NCBI GenBank assembly: GCA_050287845.1
Contig: JBNKCR010000013.1
Span: 1-64,000, forward strand
From: Polyangia bacterium
Lineage (GTDB): Bacteria > Myxococcota_A > Polyangia > JAAYKL01
Length of the DNA: 64,000 bases
Direction of reading: 5' to 3'
Shown here in pieces: positions 19,846 to 29,807 of this stretch (the first letter of the stretch is position 1; every line of letters begins with the position of its first letter). The position numbers and the translations under genes are program-made. The notes under the pieces were generated by a model. It had not been told where the DNA came from. It ran no database searches and saw only the letters and a list, made by a program, of their open reading frames with translations.

Positions 19846-20985
19846 ATGCACACAAATTCAATTTCCCTCCTGCTTTATCTGGATTGCTTCAGCGGTCTAT
19901 CCGGCGATATGATTGTCTCCGCATTACTGGATACCGGTGTCCCATTCCCGGTCATTGAAAACGCCGTTTCCGCGTTGCCGCTCTCCGAGTACAGCATCCG
20001 GCACGAAAAGGAAATGCGCAATGCCATCTCGGTCAGTCGATTCTTTGTGGATGTGACAGATCAGGAACAGCCCCATCGACATTTTTCTCAAATCAGACAG
20101 ATGCTTGAAAATGCGAAGCTGAGTGTAGGAATTCGCGAAATGAGCATTGCCATCTTTGAGGTGTTGGCTCGGGCCGAAGCTGCGGTCCACGGGACCTCCA
20201 TCGATAAAGTGCATTTTCACGAAGTGGGCGCCGTGGATTCCATTGTCGATATTGTGGCCGCAGCCGCCGGGATTGACCATCTGAATGCTTCGATTTCCTG
20301 CGCCCGAATACCATTGGGACGCGGGTTTGTAGAAACGCAACACGGATTGCTCCCGCTGCCTGCGCCGGCCACCCTGAATATTCTGGAAGGCGTACCGGTG
20401 GAAGGCACGGATGTGGCATCGGAACTCACCACTCCCACCGGGGCGGCGATTGTGAAATCCCTTGCAACCCATTTCGGTCCCATGCCCCCCATGACGCCCA
20501 TCCGAATCGGATTCGGCGCCGGCAGTCGCACCCTGCCCAAGCGACCGGGCATCCTGCGCGCGGTGCTCGGTGAAGTAAGTCCGGTAACCCCATCCTCATC
20601 TCCCCGTAGCGGCATCGATGCCGCCAGACGCAAGCTGCTGCTGATGGTGTTCACCAACGACCCCTGCAAGCGGAATCATGCATTCATGCATGCGTTGGAT
20701 TTAACGCAGCAGGGACATGCGGTTCAAATCATCCTCGAAGGCGAGGCAACGCGCAGCCTTGCGGAACGCGAAGGTCGATTCGGTAAACTCTTTGCATTGG
20801 CAGAGGCAGAGGGCATCATTGCCGGTACATGTAAAACCGCATCCCACGGGTGCGCTACCTGCGACCCTTCCCGAAACGTTACTGAACTCGCAATGCAGCA
20901 ACACATCCCCCTCCTTGACGGCATCTGGGACCACGCTGCCATCGGCGAATACATATCGAAGGGCTTCGAGCTGGTCATTTACTGA
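19846..20985 (+). CDS. larC: LarC N-terminal domain fused to a DsrE-like domain
   Basis: YLDCFSGLSGDM, VHFHEVGAVDSIVD, PAPAT, TPTGAAI, GFGAG (aa ~1-243); Ser/Pro linker; then DPCKRNHAFMHALDL..IILEGEAT..CKTAS..GFELVIY. Confidence 0.8.
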   Translation: MHTNSISLLLYLDCFSGLSGDMIVSALLDTGVPFPVIENAVSALPLSEYSIRHEKEMRNAISVSRFFVDVTDQEQPHRHFSQIRQMLENAKLSVGIREMSIAIFEVLARAEAAVHGTSIDKVHFHEVGAVDSIVDIVAAAAGIDHLNASISCARIPLGRGFVETQHGLLPLPAPATLNILEGVPVEGTDVASELTTPTGAAIVKSLATHFGPMPPMTPIRIGFGAGSRTLPKRPGILRAVLGEVSPVTPSSSPRSGIDAARRKLLLMVFTNDPCKRNHAFMHALDLTQQGHAVQIILEGEATRSLAEREGRFGKLFALAEAEGIIAGTCKTASHGCATCDPSRNVTELAMQQHIPLLDGIWDHAAIGEYISKGFELVIY

Positions 20986-20997
20986 AACGTGAAACAG

Positions 20998-22077
20998 TCA
21001 TGAAGATGAATGCGTATTCACAGATGCAACTTTTAACGTGGACTGATGCAGACGGCGCAGCAGTTTGGCGGTGGTGTCCCATCCGAGGCAGGGGTCGGTG
21101 ATGGAGACGCCGTATTGGAGGGAGGAGAGGTCTTCAGGAATGGACTGGTGGCCCGGGTTCAGATTACTTTCGAGCATAACGCCCATGATGGAGGTGTTGC
21201 CATTTCTGCGCTGTTCAATGATATTTTCGAGCACCGCGCCCTGCATTTCCGGGTCTTTTCCGCTGTTGGCGTGACTGCAGTCCACCATGATGCGCGGTGA
21301 AAATCCGGCGTCCTTCAATAGCTGTTCATATTCGACGATATGGGCCGCGCTGTAATTGGGGGTCCGTCCGCCCCGCAGAATCAGATGGGAATGGGGGTTT
21401 CCATTGGTGCGCACTACCGACACCTGCCCTTTGGGATTGATGCTGACAAAATTATGGGGAACAGAAACGGACTGCATCGCATTGATGGCAATATCAATGT
21501 TGCCATCGGTGCCATTCTTGAATCCCACTGTGGCCGTCAATCCACTGGCCATTTTACGATGACTCTGAGACTCGGTGGTTCTGGCTCCGATGGCGGTCCA
21601 TGAAAACAGATCCTGAATGTAGGGCGGTGTCACGATATCCAGGGCCTCACCCGCGGCGGGCAGCCCCATGGTTGCGATAGTGGTCAGCAGTTTCCGGGAC
21701 ATCATGAGCCCATCTTCAATCTGACAGGTGTTGTCGAGATGCGGGTCAATCACCAGTCCCTGCCATCCGGTGGTTGTCCGAGGCTTTTCAAAGTAGACCC
21801 GCATCACGAGATACAGTGCATCTTTCAGTTCATCAGACAGTTTCTTGAGTCGGAGCGCATACTCTGTTGCTGCATCGACATCGTGGATGGAACAGGGGCC
21901 ACTGATCACCAGCAGCCGGGGGTCCTTTCCGTTCAGGATATTCTTTATGGTGCGTTGGCCTGTCTGAACCGTATGAACCATCTCATCGCTGAGCGGAAAC
22001 ATTACCTTCAATGTCTCGGGGGTCACAATGGGTTCCTCGCTCTGAATATTGATGTTTTCGATTTCAGTGATAATCAT
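20998..22077 (-). CDS. aroG: DAHP synthase, class I-alpha (AroF/G/H type)
   Basis: Motifs GPCSIHD, RVYFEKPRT, IGARTTESQ, GFKNGT, DCSHANS, GVSITDPC; GGAG SD before ATG 22077. Isoenzyme specificity is unknown. Confidence 0.93.
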   Translation of the reverse strand: MIITEIENINIQSEEPIVTPETLKVMFPLSDEMVHTVQTGQRTIKNILNGKDPRLLVISGPCSIHDVDAATEYALRLKKLSDELKDALYLVMRVYFEKPRTTTGWQGLVIDPHLDNTCQIEDGLMMSRKLLTTIATMGLPAAGEALDIVTPPYIQDLFSWTAIGARTTESQSHRKMASGLTATVGFKNGTDGNIDIAINAMQSVSVPHNFVSINPKGQVSVVRTNGNPHSHLILRGGRTPNYSAAHIVEYEQLLKDAGFSPRIMVDCSHANSGKDPEMQGAVLENIIEQRRNGNTSIMGVMLESNLNPGHQSIPEDLSSLQYGVSITDPCLGWDTTAKLLRRLHQSTLKVASVNTHSSS

Positions 22078-22305
22078 TCTCCATTGTTCCTTCCCATACG
22101 GCCTGAACCCGTCTTCTGCCACACAAAATGTGTATGCTGTCCCAAAGAAGAAAATGGTGCTGGCCACCCGTTGCGCCTGAGGCGGAAACCGCTTCAGTTT
22201 TCGACTGGGATCATGGCCGCATAGATACCCATTGATCCCTTTTTTTAAATATGTGCACATGCCTGTTGAACATCAGCCGTTGTCATCGGTAGGAAGCGTC
22301 GTTTT

Positions 22306-22327
22306 TAAACGCCACTACGTGTGGCGT
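22306..22327 (-). terminator. Possible terminator after gspN
   Basis: ACGCCAC-N5-GTGGCGT hairpin with a short U-tract on the minus strand. Confidence 0.4.
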
Positions 22328-22359
22328 ACAGGATGCACATTGAACCCAATTCGTTCCGG

Positions 22360-24063
22360 TCATTCCTCTGGCTCTTCCTCGACCTCTACCTCCCCCTCTC
22401 CATCGGGCTCCTCGCCCCCTTCTTCTCCTGCATCTTCCGATTCCGGAGATGGCGGCTCCACGCTTCCTTCTTCGCCTGCGTCTCCTTCCTCTTCATTGGC
22501 ATTTTCGTTCTCCCCTGGAGCATCCGGCTCAGGTGCCACATCTTCCGGTTCTTCTTCTTCAGCCATTTCCGCTTCCATCGCTTCTCTGGCACGGAGAGCG
22601 GCCTCCGCCCGTTTGCTTTCACTCTCAGCCTGACGCTCCTGCATTTCTTCCGCCATTTCCTTGAGTGGCGTTATTCTGCCTGAAGGTGTGGGAGGAGCCA
22701 GTGGATGCTCTACGGGCGGATTGACCGGTGGCGGCTCAGGAGTGGACGGCGGAACCGCCGTTGCCGGGGATGCTATTTTCGGCCCAACGGCAGGGGGTTG
22801 AACCTGCCTGGAGACGCTTCGCCCACGAGTCGGCGGTCTGGTGCTTCGTCGCGAGGTAGTCCGCGCAGGTCTATCCCCAATTCCAAATGTTTTCTGTGGT
22901 CTGAATTTCGCAGTTTTCAAAATTCCCTGATAAATAAATCCATAGGAATCATCGGTACGTCTCGCACGGGAAAGCGCACTCGGCATCAGCGACACCAGCG
23001 TCTGGGCATTCGGACTCTTACTGGCGTACCCCTCAAGTAGTTTAAAGGTGAAATACAGGTTCAACCGGCTCAGCGAAATCGGATCGGCAAACTGCACATC
23101 GCCCTGGGCAGTCGCCGCGATATCATTTGACACCATTTTGACCTTGTCAAAAATAAATTTGCCTTTCACCGCTTTCATTTCCATCTGAAGTTCGCTGATA
23201 CCAAAGGAATCGATGGTCATCGGACCCATGCCATCAATGATTTCCACCTTGGATTGCCCCTGACCAAGGGAAATGTTCCGCCCGTCAATCCACATCTTTC
23301 CTTCAGCATCCGCCATCTTTCCGGTAGCCGTTTTCAAATCAATGCTAAAATCAAGCGCGCCAAACATGGGTAGCGGCAACAGGTCCTTCAAGTCCCAGAA
23401 CTGCACCAGATTCAACCCCGTCGCCACGATGGAAAAGGACATCTCCCTACCCTCTTCGGGTTGTTTACCGGCATTCTGTGCCGCTTTCTGCACTCGTCGC
23501 TCCCGGGAAATTTTCGCTCGCTCGCCGGGGGGCAAGTCGGCCAGATCCGCTTCTTCCCCAGCTGGTTCCTCCGCCTCTCCGCCTCCAATGGGGGCGGTGT
23601 AATTCACCAGAATATCTCCCCCCAGGAAATCTGCTGCGACGGACACATTCAGATCTCCAAAGATCAACGACCATACGCTCACGCTCACGTGCATCTTTTC
23701 AATGTAATACCTGGGAACGATCGGTTTGGGCGCGGATTTTTTAGCTTCGCTGTCACTGTCAGCGCTGCCGGTCGCCGTATCCTGAGACGCATCGGTCTCC
23801 AGAGCGCCCGTTTTCTTCTGCTCCTCATCGCTGGGAACTTCAATGGTTACACCGGTCAAGGTTACGGAGCCCAGCGGTGAAACAGCAAGATCATCGATAG
23901 TGACTTCCCGTCCCAACACTTTCGACAGTTGAACCTCGGCAACGGGTAAAAAACGTTCCGCGGGAAATGTCAGCGTCAGAAAAAGCGCGTAGCAGCAAAA
24001 AAAGAATACAGGATAACCGATAGCCTTTATGATCTTCATCTGACTGGTGCTCAGACTAATCAT
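22360..24063 (-). CDS. gspN: Type II secretion protein GspN with long low-complexity tail
   Basis: N-terminal TM with LTFP motif, beta-rich body, last gene of the operon; Arg/Pro/Glu-rich C-terminus. Confidence 0.75.
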   Translation of the reverse strand: MISLSTSQMKIIKAIGYPVFFFCCYALFLTLTFPAERFLPVAEVQLSKVLGREVTIDDLAVSPLGSVTLTGVTIEVPSDEEQKKTGALETDASQDTATGSADSDSEAKKSAPKPIVPRYYIEKMHVSVSVWSLIFGDLNVSVAADFLGGDILVNYTAPIGGGEAEEPAGEEADLADLPPGERAKISRERRVQKAAQNAGKQPEEGREMSFSIVATGLNLVQFWDLKDLLPLPMFGALDFSIDLKTATGKMADAEGKMWIDGRNISLGQGQSKVEIIDGMGPMTIDSFGISELQMEMKAVKGKFIFDKVKMVSNDIAATAQGDVQFADPISLSRLNLYFTFKLLEGYASKSPNAQTLVSLMPSALSRARRTDDSYGFIYQGILKTAKFRPQKTFGIGDRPARTTSRRSTRPPTRGRSVSRQVQPPAVGPKIASPATAVPPSTPEPPPVNPPVEHPLAPPTPSGRITPLKEMAEEMQERQAESESKRAEAALRAREAMEAEMAEEEEPEDVAPEPDAPGENENANEEEGDAGEEGSVEPPSPESEDAGEEGGEEPDGEGEVEVEEEPEE

Positions 24064-24635
24064 TTCTTCTTTTCTCCCTTCATCACCCCGCCCTGATCGG
24101 CCAATTTCTCATATGTCGATATGGTCAATAACACTCTGAAAGATCCCTGAATGCGTCGCTGTTTCACAATTTGCAACCGGGTAATCGCTATTGGAAAAAC
24201 CGGCTTATTATTTTCAACTTCTCTCATAAAACTCACGATTGCCGGCAAATCCACCTCTCTGAATGTCACTTCCGCGCTTCGCTCAAGCCATCCGCCGGGC
24301 CAGTTTTTATCGTTCAATTCCTTGGTATCCGCCTGAGTGACACCGGTTTTTTTTACGACATTGTCCACCAGAGTGCGAAGGGGTCTCGGTTTCCCCAGAC
24401 TCTGCATTTTCGCATTGGAGTCCTTGTTTTCCTTGACATACTCTTCCATGGACTGAACAAAATTAATGAGCTCGCTCCACTCGGTGGTATTTCTCTCTAA
24501 CTCGGAAATGGCGCCGCCAACAAACCACGCGGTTAAAAAACATATCATCAGGACAAAAGTTCCGCCCATCGCCGCAACCATTTTTTTTTCGCGGGCGGAT
24601 AGTCCTGCTAAAAGATTTCTGAATACTGAAGACAT
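24060..24635 (-). CDS. gspM: Type II secretion protein GspM
   Basis: LSAREK + TM + ferredoxin-like C-terminus; AGGAG SD before ATG 24635. Confidence 0.75.
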   Translation of the reverse strand: MSSVFRNLLAGLSAREKKMVAAMGGTFVLMICFLTAWFVGGAISELERNTTEWSELINFVQSMEEYVKENKDSNAKMQSLGKPRPLRTLVDNVVKKTGVTQADTKELNDKNWPGGWLERSAEVTFREVDLPAIVSFMREVENNKPVFPIAITRLQIVKQRRIQGSFRVLLTISTYEKLADQGGVMKGEKKK

Positions 24636-24660
24636 GCAAACTCCTGCATTGATTAGCAAC

Positions 24661-26232
24661 CTATGGACAGGTACTTTCTATTTCCATGGTATATTCCTGA
24701 CGATCATTGATCGTGCGCACCCTGGGCAATTTAAATGATGTGAAACATTCTTCAAACTCGCTCAATTTGCTCTTGATAAGGTCCGTCGGTGACAAATCGA
24801 TACTCTCATCATCGGTATCGCTTTCACTCAGTTTGAGTTCGGCGTCCACTTGCCCTCTGATTTTGACATGACGCGGTTTAATATCAAGTTCATCAACATC
24901 GTGCACCACGGACTCTGGAATCCGCTTTGAAAGCTCAATCACAATATCATACGCGTCTCTCGAAGGCAGTGGAGATTTCACCGCTCCCTCCGGATTGATT
25001 TTTCTCTCAATGATTTCCCGGCTGACCGTCCGTTGTCCAAGCACTCTCTGGGTTTCATCCTCCAATTGTAGCTTCACCCGCTCTGCCTGGGCTGAAACGG
25101 CCATGTATCTGGACACACTGGAAAATACCCATGCGCCAACAATGCTGAGAAAGCAGAGCACAGCGATCATAATCTTCTGACGAATCGCCTCGGTATCCCC
25201 CTTGAAGGTGTAGGCGCCGCGACGGAAATTGAAACGCTTCGCTTTGGGAACAATCCCCATCCCCGCAAGGCACATAGCCAGAACGCCATACTCCGAACTC
25301 AGTCCGGTTTCAAAAGGTTGCACCTGACTTCTGAAGATGGCCGGTTTCAGAATTTCAACGGGCAATTCCAGGGATTCGTGAAAAAAAAGGTCAACTCCAC
25401 GGAGCCTCGAAGTACCGCCGCAGATAAGCACCTTCTGAACCGGGTTTCCGCCGTTGGCCAGATGTCCGCTCACTGTCTGCTGAATTTCCCGCACCAGATT
25501 GCCGAGCGCATCTTTGAGCACTTCGCCGATTTTTCCGCTCAATCCCTCCCGTTCCTTGAACTCCACCCCTTTGGCGAAATCCGCCTCACCGGCAGAAGCC
25601 AGCAACATGCTCAATTCCCGACCACCTCTCAACACCGTTCGGCTGGTCCGCACCGTATCTCCAGCAATGGCAATATTGGTCCGCTGATGACCTATATCGA
25701 TGATCGCCGTAGGCCCGTTCACAATGTCCATTTCTTCCAGATATGGCGCATATGCAAGGGGAGCGACCGAAATTTCAGCTGGATCGATATTCTGTTCCTG
25801 CAGCAACGTCAGAAGACTTCCAAGTTTCTGCTGCGGAACTGCCGCCACCAGAAATGTCACCTCGTGCTGCGAGCGGGCGACCTCTGCAAAATCGAATACT
25901 GCATCGTCCACATCGTAGGGAAGCAACTCGTCGAGTTCAAAACTCAGGACATCGGCGGTACGCTTCAGCGCACTCGTGGGAATGGTAATTCGATGAAGAC
26001 TGACATTTTCCCCCGACACGGCGCAATACAGCGATGCATCATCCAAATCAAGTCGGGACACCAATCGCCCGGCGGCCTGCACCAAATCGGTGTCCAACGA
26101 AATGCCGTTTTCATCCTGCAACACCGGCTCGGTATCAAATTTCACAATTTCACCACCGCGAAACCCCTGTTTCACGACGATGGCTTTCACAGCATGACTT
26201 CCGAGGTCTATGCCAACAAAATGTTGCGTCAT
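24661..26232 (-). CDS. gspL: Type II secretion protein GspL (PilM-like actin fold + TM + periplasmic domain)
   Basis: Motifs VGIDLGSHAVK, IDIGHQRT, LICGGTS; TM near aa 355; position between gspK and gspM. Confidence 0.85.
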   Translation of the reverse strand: MTQHFVGIDLGSHAVKAIVVKQGFRGGEIVKFDTEPVLQDENGISLDTDLVQAAGRLVSRLDLDDASLYCAVSGENVSLHRITIPTSALKRTADVLSFELDELLPYDVDDAVFDFAEVARSQHEVTFLVAAVPQQKLGSLLTLLQEQNIDPAEISVAPLAYAPYLEEMDIVNGPTAIIDIGHQRTNIAIAGDTVRTSRTVLRGGRELSMLLASAGEADFAKGVEFKEREGLSGKIGEVLKDALGNLVREIQQTVSGHLANGGNPVQKVLICGGTSRLRGVDLFFHESLELPVEILKPAIFRSQVQPFETGLSSEYGVLAMCLAGMGIVPKAKRFNFRRGAYTFKGDTEAIRQKIMIAVLCFLSIVGAWVFSSVSRYMAVSAQAERVKLQLEDETQRVLGQRTVSREIIERKINPEGAVKSPLPSRDAYDIVIELSKRIPESVVHDVDELDIKPRHVKIRGQVDAELKLSESDTDDESIDLSPTDLIKSKLSEFEECFTSFKLPRVRTINDRQEYTMEIESTCP

Positions 26233-26233
26233 C

Positions 26234-27508
26234 CTATTCCTGCCTCCAGTACAGAACCTTCCCGCCCGCAGCAGCCATAGACTGGCTCGGGTCGATGATG
26301 CTCGGTTCTTTGGGTTCAATATCCACTACCACATGGATTCGCTTCTTTGTATCACCGGTAAACGGATTGGAAACGTTCCCTTCTGCATAAATTGAAAAAG
26401 TTTTGCTTTGGGTAGTAAACAGCTTTTCGGCGGCCTGCTTCCTCACCAGCGTGATTCCGGTCAATTGCGCCCCGGACAGGACGGCCAGTATATTCTGCGC
26501 AGACTCCATGGGATTCTCCAGGGCGGAAATAAATTCGTTCACACTTCCATATGGCATGATGGTTCGCATATTCAGCATATTGTTCACCAGCACCACAAGG
26601 TTCTGAACAAAAGGCGAATATGGGTTCAGACATGGGTTATTCCCTTCGGCGTCTGTAGCCATCATGCACAGACTTGCCACCAGGGTTGAAGAGGAAGCTG
26701 TGTTAATATTCACTTTACCCGGCCCCCAGACAGTGAAGGTGCGGCTACCGGGATCGAGGGGGTCCGGTTCCACGAACGCAGACCAGAAGTCGTCGCCAAT
26801 ACCATGGACGAAATGCAATTCCTGCAGGCTGTCAAACGGCGCATTCTTCCGCTCATAGGCCGGTTCGGTCATCGAGTAATACGATTCTTCCCCGCCCGTT
26901 CCCATGCAGTTGTCTTCATCCGGGTCCGCCCAATCAAAAATTTCGCAAATCACCTGCTCCCGATCCACATCATCGCGATAATCGTCCCCTTCAAACACCT
27001 CATCGTACATGTCAGGCTCCATCATCGCCTTAAGACTGTTGAAAACGAGCGATTTCAGGGGCGTGGTGGGATGAGCCCCCAGATTCAGGTTGAGTTTGCT
27101 CTCTTCGTCCACAATGTTCAACGTGAACTCCTCTCCGTCCTTCAGTCCCAGCCCTTCGGCGTCATCAAGGCTGAATCCCATCTCCTCGGCCAGAGATCCA
27201 TCCCCCTTGTGAGCTGTAAATGGCTCGAGAATCATGTCCGCAAATTGCCAGAAAGGAAAATTCAGAACCTTCTTGAACATGGGCAGTGATTGGACGGACA
27301 GAAGGAGTCTGCTGAGATTGACGCCTGATCTGGCCAGATACTCCGCCTTCACCGCGTCGCGATGATTCACGGCGGTCTGAAGATATACCTTATTGCCTTC
27401 CATGAAATCGGCCGTCATGGCCGTGAGGATGATAAGCGCTATCAGCACCATGATCAGCGCCATCCCTCTCTGATTCTTCTGCCGCTGAACCGAAGATGAA
27501 GACATCAT
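26234..27508 (-). CDS. gspK: Type II secretion minor pseudopilin GspK
   Basis: QRG|MALIMVL, DEESKLNLN, DWADPD, KNAPFDSLQEL, KVNINTAS. Confidence 0.93.
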   Translation of the reverse strand: MMSSSSVQRQKNQRGMALIMVLIALIILTAMTADFMEGNKVYLQTAVNHRDAVKAEYLARSGVNLSRLLLSVQSLPMFKKVLNFPFWQFADMILEPFTAHKGDGSLAEEMGFSLDDAEGLGLKDGEEFTLNIVDEESKLNLNLGAHPTTPLKSLVFNSLKAMMEPDMYDEVFEGDDYRDDVDREQVICEIFDWADPDEDNCMGTGGEESYYSMTEPAYERKNAPFDSLQELHFVHGIGDDFWSAFVEPDPLDPGSRTFTVWGPGKVNINTASSSTLVASLCMMATDAEGNNPCLNPYSPFVQNLVVLVNNMLNMRTIMPYGSVNEFISALENPMESAQNILAVLSGAQLTGITLVRKQAAEKLFTTQSKTFSIYAEGNVSNPFTGDTKKRIHVVVDIEPKEPSIIDPSQSMAAAGGKVLYWRQE

Positions 27509-28290
27509 TTTCCTCCAACAGGCAGTGGTTGCCCCGGAATAAAGGCGGGCACCAGAAGGATTGGCGAACGCAATGGAATCCCCAACTGTGTTCCATAGAC
27601 CACCTGGTCAAACTCTTCGTCCAGATTGTTGATGCGGCTTGCCCCTCGACGTTCATTGACCACCAGCTTGATTCGCACCTGAATGGGAAGCACATTACCT
27701 TCTCCGGTAGTCTGCGTCGTGTCCCATTCGTCCTGCCATTCTTTATTGGCAATATCGTAATACTCCACATCGAACGCATTGACATTACTCACCAGAATCA
27801 TCGTCTGCCCACCCTCCAACGCGTTCCGGTCAAGAATCGGTGAACTTCGCCTGACCAGATTCAGTACACCACTTTTTTCAGGGTCATCCGCCAGGAAGTA
27901 AGAAATCTCTGCCTGATCGGATTCCTTCGCATCGAAAAACCGTCGGGTGTGAGAAAATGACGCAAAATCGATGCTATCCTGACTCCCACCGTCTGTACCG
28001 ATAAAGATGGTATCATGAGTGGCCTCCACACCGCGGTGATACGACAGAAATGCGGAGCTGATATCCCGGTTCAACATATCGAACGCAACGCGAACTTCGT
28101 GATACTTATCCTGGGAATACTCCACAATATTTCGCGCCTTTGCAGTCTGAGATGTCGCCGCCCAGATGGCCACAACAATCATGCCGGTCACCGCCATGGC
28201 CACCATGATTTCAAGCAGCGTAAAACCACGGTCCGATGCTGCCACAAAAGAGGCACGGCGAACGGTTTCCCTATGCAAGCGTGAACACAT
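27505..28290 (-). CDS. gspJ: Type II secretion minor pseudopilin GspJ
   Basis: RG|FTLLEIMVA prepilin motif; C-terminal WQDEW..LP..VRI. Confidence 0.9.
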   Translation of the reverse strand: MCSRLHRETVRRASFVAASDRGFTLLEIMVAMAVTGMIVVAIWAATSQTAKARNIVEYSQDKYHEVRVAFDMLNRDISSAFLSYHRGVEATHDTIFIGTDGGSQDSIDFASFSHTRRFFDAKESDQAEISYFLADDPEKSGVLNLVRRSSPILDRNALEGGQTMILVSNVNAFDVEYYDIANKEWQDEWDTTQTTGEGNVLPIQVRIKLVVNERRGASRINNLDEEFDQVVYGTQLGIPLRSPILLVPAFIPGQPLPVGGK

Positions 28291-28295
28291 CGGAA

Positions 28296-28994
28296 TCAGT
28301 TCCCCTCATTGTCAGAATTTCCCATGTCATCAACGGTATTCATCACGTCATCGACGGTATTCATCTCCTGCATCAGTTTCAACGGTCCCTGCGACGGGTG
28401 TGTCACATATTGCATGAGTTCAAAATCTTTCTCTACGGTGCCCTCCTGCCAACTCACCTTGATGGTAACCCGACGAATCGCCTGTTCCAGCAATCCGGTG
28501 ATCATGGGCATCAGTGAGGAGATCATATCCATTCCCATATCCGCCATATCGTCAAAAGACTGGTCGCCCATTGCGGAACCAAGTGCTTCGTTGCCACCGG
28601 TAATCTGCGACATGAGGCCACTGCCACCTTCCCCGGATCCATCATCATCAGCCGATTCACTCATGGAATCGGTCATATCCGGAAAAGTGACCGTTTCAAT
28701 GATCCATTCACATTTAAAACTGTCGGGCACATCACCTTCAAGGAACTCACAGCATTCTCCGGACTCGGAAACATTTCCTTCCTGAAACCCTTCTTCGATA
28801 AAAAGCAGTTCAAGTTCATTCATTTTGCACCGGGCCAACTGAGTTGCCTGAGTGATGTTTCTGGCATATGACGTTGTGGCAACCGCAGCGAACTGCGCCG
28901 CGAAAATCGCAACGAGCGAGGAAGAAAGCAGCAACACTGCCACCATAATCTCAATGATGGTGAAACCGCGCATGATTCTCGATTGCCGTGTCAT
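28296..28994 (-). CDS. gspI: Type II secretion minor pseudopilin GspI
   Basis: RG|FTIIEIMVA; IRRVTIKVSW; gene order. Confidence 0.85.
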   Translation of the reverse strand: MTRQSRIMRGFTIIEIMVAVLLLSSSLVAIFAAQFAAVATTSYARNITQATQLARCKMNELELLFIEEGFQEGNVSESGECCEFLEGDVPDSFKCEWIIETVTFPDMTDSMSESADDDGSGEGGSGLMSQITGGNEALGSAMGDQSFDDMADMGMDMISSLMPMITGLLEQAIRRVTIKVSWQEGTVEKDFELMQYVTHPSQGPLKLMQEMNTVDDVMNTVDDMGNSDNEGN

Positions 28995-29804
28995 TTACCG
29001 GTCGCCTTCCTGCATTTCTTCGAGGTCTCCTTCGGGCGAAATCTCTTCATGATGCACTACGGCATGGCCATTCAACGGATGAATCTCCACTGTATTGATA
29101 GTCGCGTCTTCGTCATCATAGTCGCTGATTTGGATATACGTATGTTCGGTGGTTCCTCCGGGAAAATAGTAGATAAACGCAAATCCCTTATCGATGACAG
29201 CGGGGCTATGGGGTGAATACACCTGATAGAACCCCACGTCCCCGCCAAACTGAATCTTCTTCCCCTGGTTTCCATCAATGGTTGCAAAACGCGGTCCCTG
29301 ATAGTGGGTGTGTCCGCCAGAGGGAGAACCTGTTCCCGGGCCGGTGCCACTCATAAAATTTTTTAAAAACACATCCGTTACCGGAAATGACGAAACAACA
29401 CTGTCTCCTGATTCCGTCTTGCCGCCTGATACTTTGGGACCGATATTCCGCAGTCTGTCTTTCAAATCCGTCTGTTCCACCGAACCATCAGCCTGATACA
29501 CATCCCCTGAGTCTTTCCGATTCAACCCCACCCCCGTTTCGTCTTCCCGATTCAACACCAGTCTTCCCGCAGCTTCCTGCAACTGGACGCTGCGCCCATC
29601 AAAATCCAGTACCATCCGTACGTTGACACCTCTGGACACGGCTCGGGAGAACGCATATTTTGACGCAGAAACGATGGCCCATGTGGCCGAACGCAATTTG
29701 GCTTTCTTCGTTGCGCCAAGTCCCATGGCAGCGCCGGTCGCAACAATACCAATGATCACGATGACCACCATCAGCTCCATCAATGTGAACCCGCGTCTTT
29801 GCAC
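28995..29804 (-). CDS. gspH: Type II secretion minor pseudopilin GspH
   Basis: RG|FTLMELMVV; YYFPGG..VEIHPLNG; gene order. Confidence 0.85.
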   Translation of the reverse strand: MQRRGFTLMELMVVIVIIGIVATGAAMGLGATKKAKLRSATWAIVSASKYAFSRAVSRGVNVRMVLDFDGRSVQLQEAAGRLVLNREDETGVGLNRKDSGDVYQADGSVEQTDLKDRLRNIGPKVSGGKTESGDSVVSSFPVTDVFLKNFMSGTGPGTGSPSGGHTHYQGPRFATIDGNQGKKIQFGGDVGFYQVYSPHSPAVIDKGFAFIYYFPGGTTEHTYIQISDYDDEDATINTVEIHPLNGHAVVHHEEISPEGDLEEMQEGDR

Positions 29805-29807
29805 GTT

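Noticed and set aside
20570..20992. Programmed frameshift from larC1 into larC2
   Set aside because: No LarC C-domain motif (ETNIDD-like) seen in other frames; the zero frame continues into a coherent DsrE-like domain.
22078..22260. Known riboswitch or N-terminal extension of AroG
   Set aside because: No recognisable riboswitch consensus; a good SD lies directly before ATG 22077.
25318..26280. 320-aa plus-strand ORF and similar long antisense ORFs (e.g. 3223-3834, 8092-8700, 30364-31017, 44356-45009, 63102-63899)
   Set aside because: Shadows of well-supported genes on the opposite strand, with no recognisable motifs.
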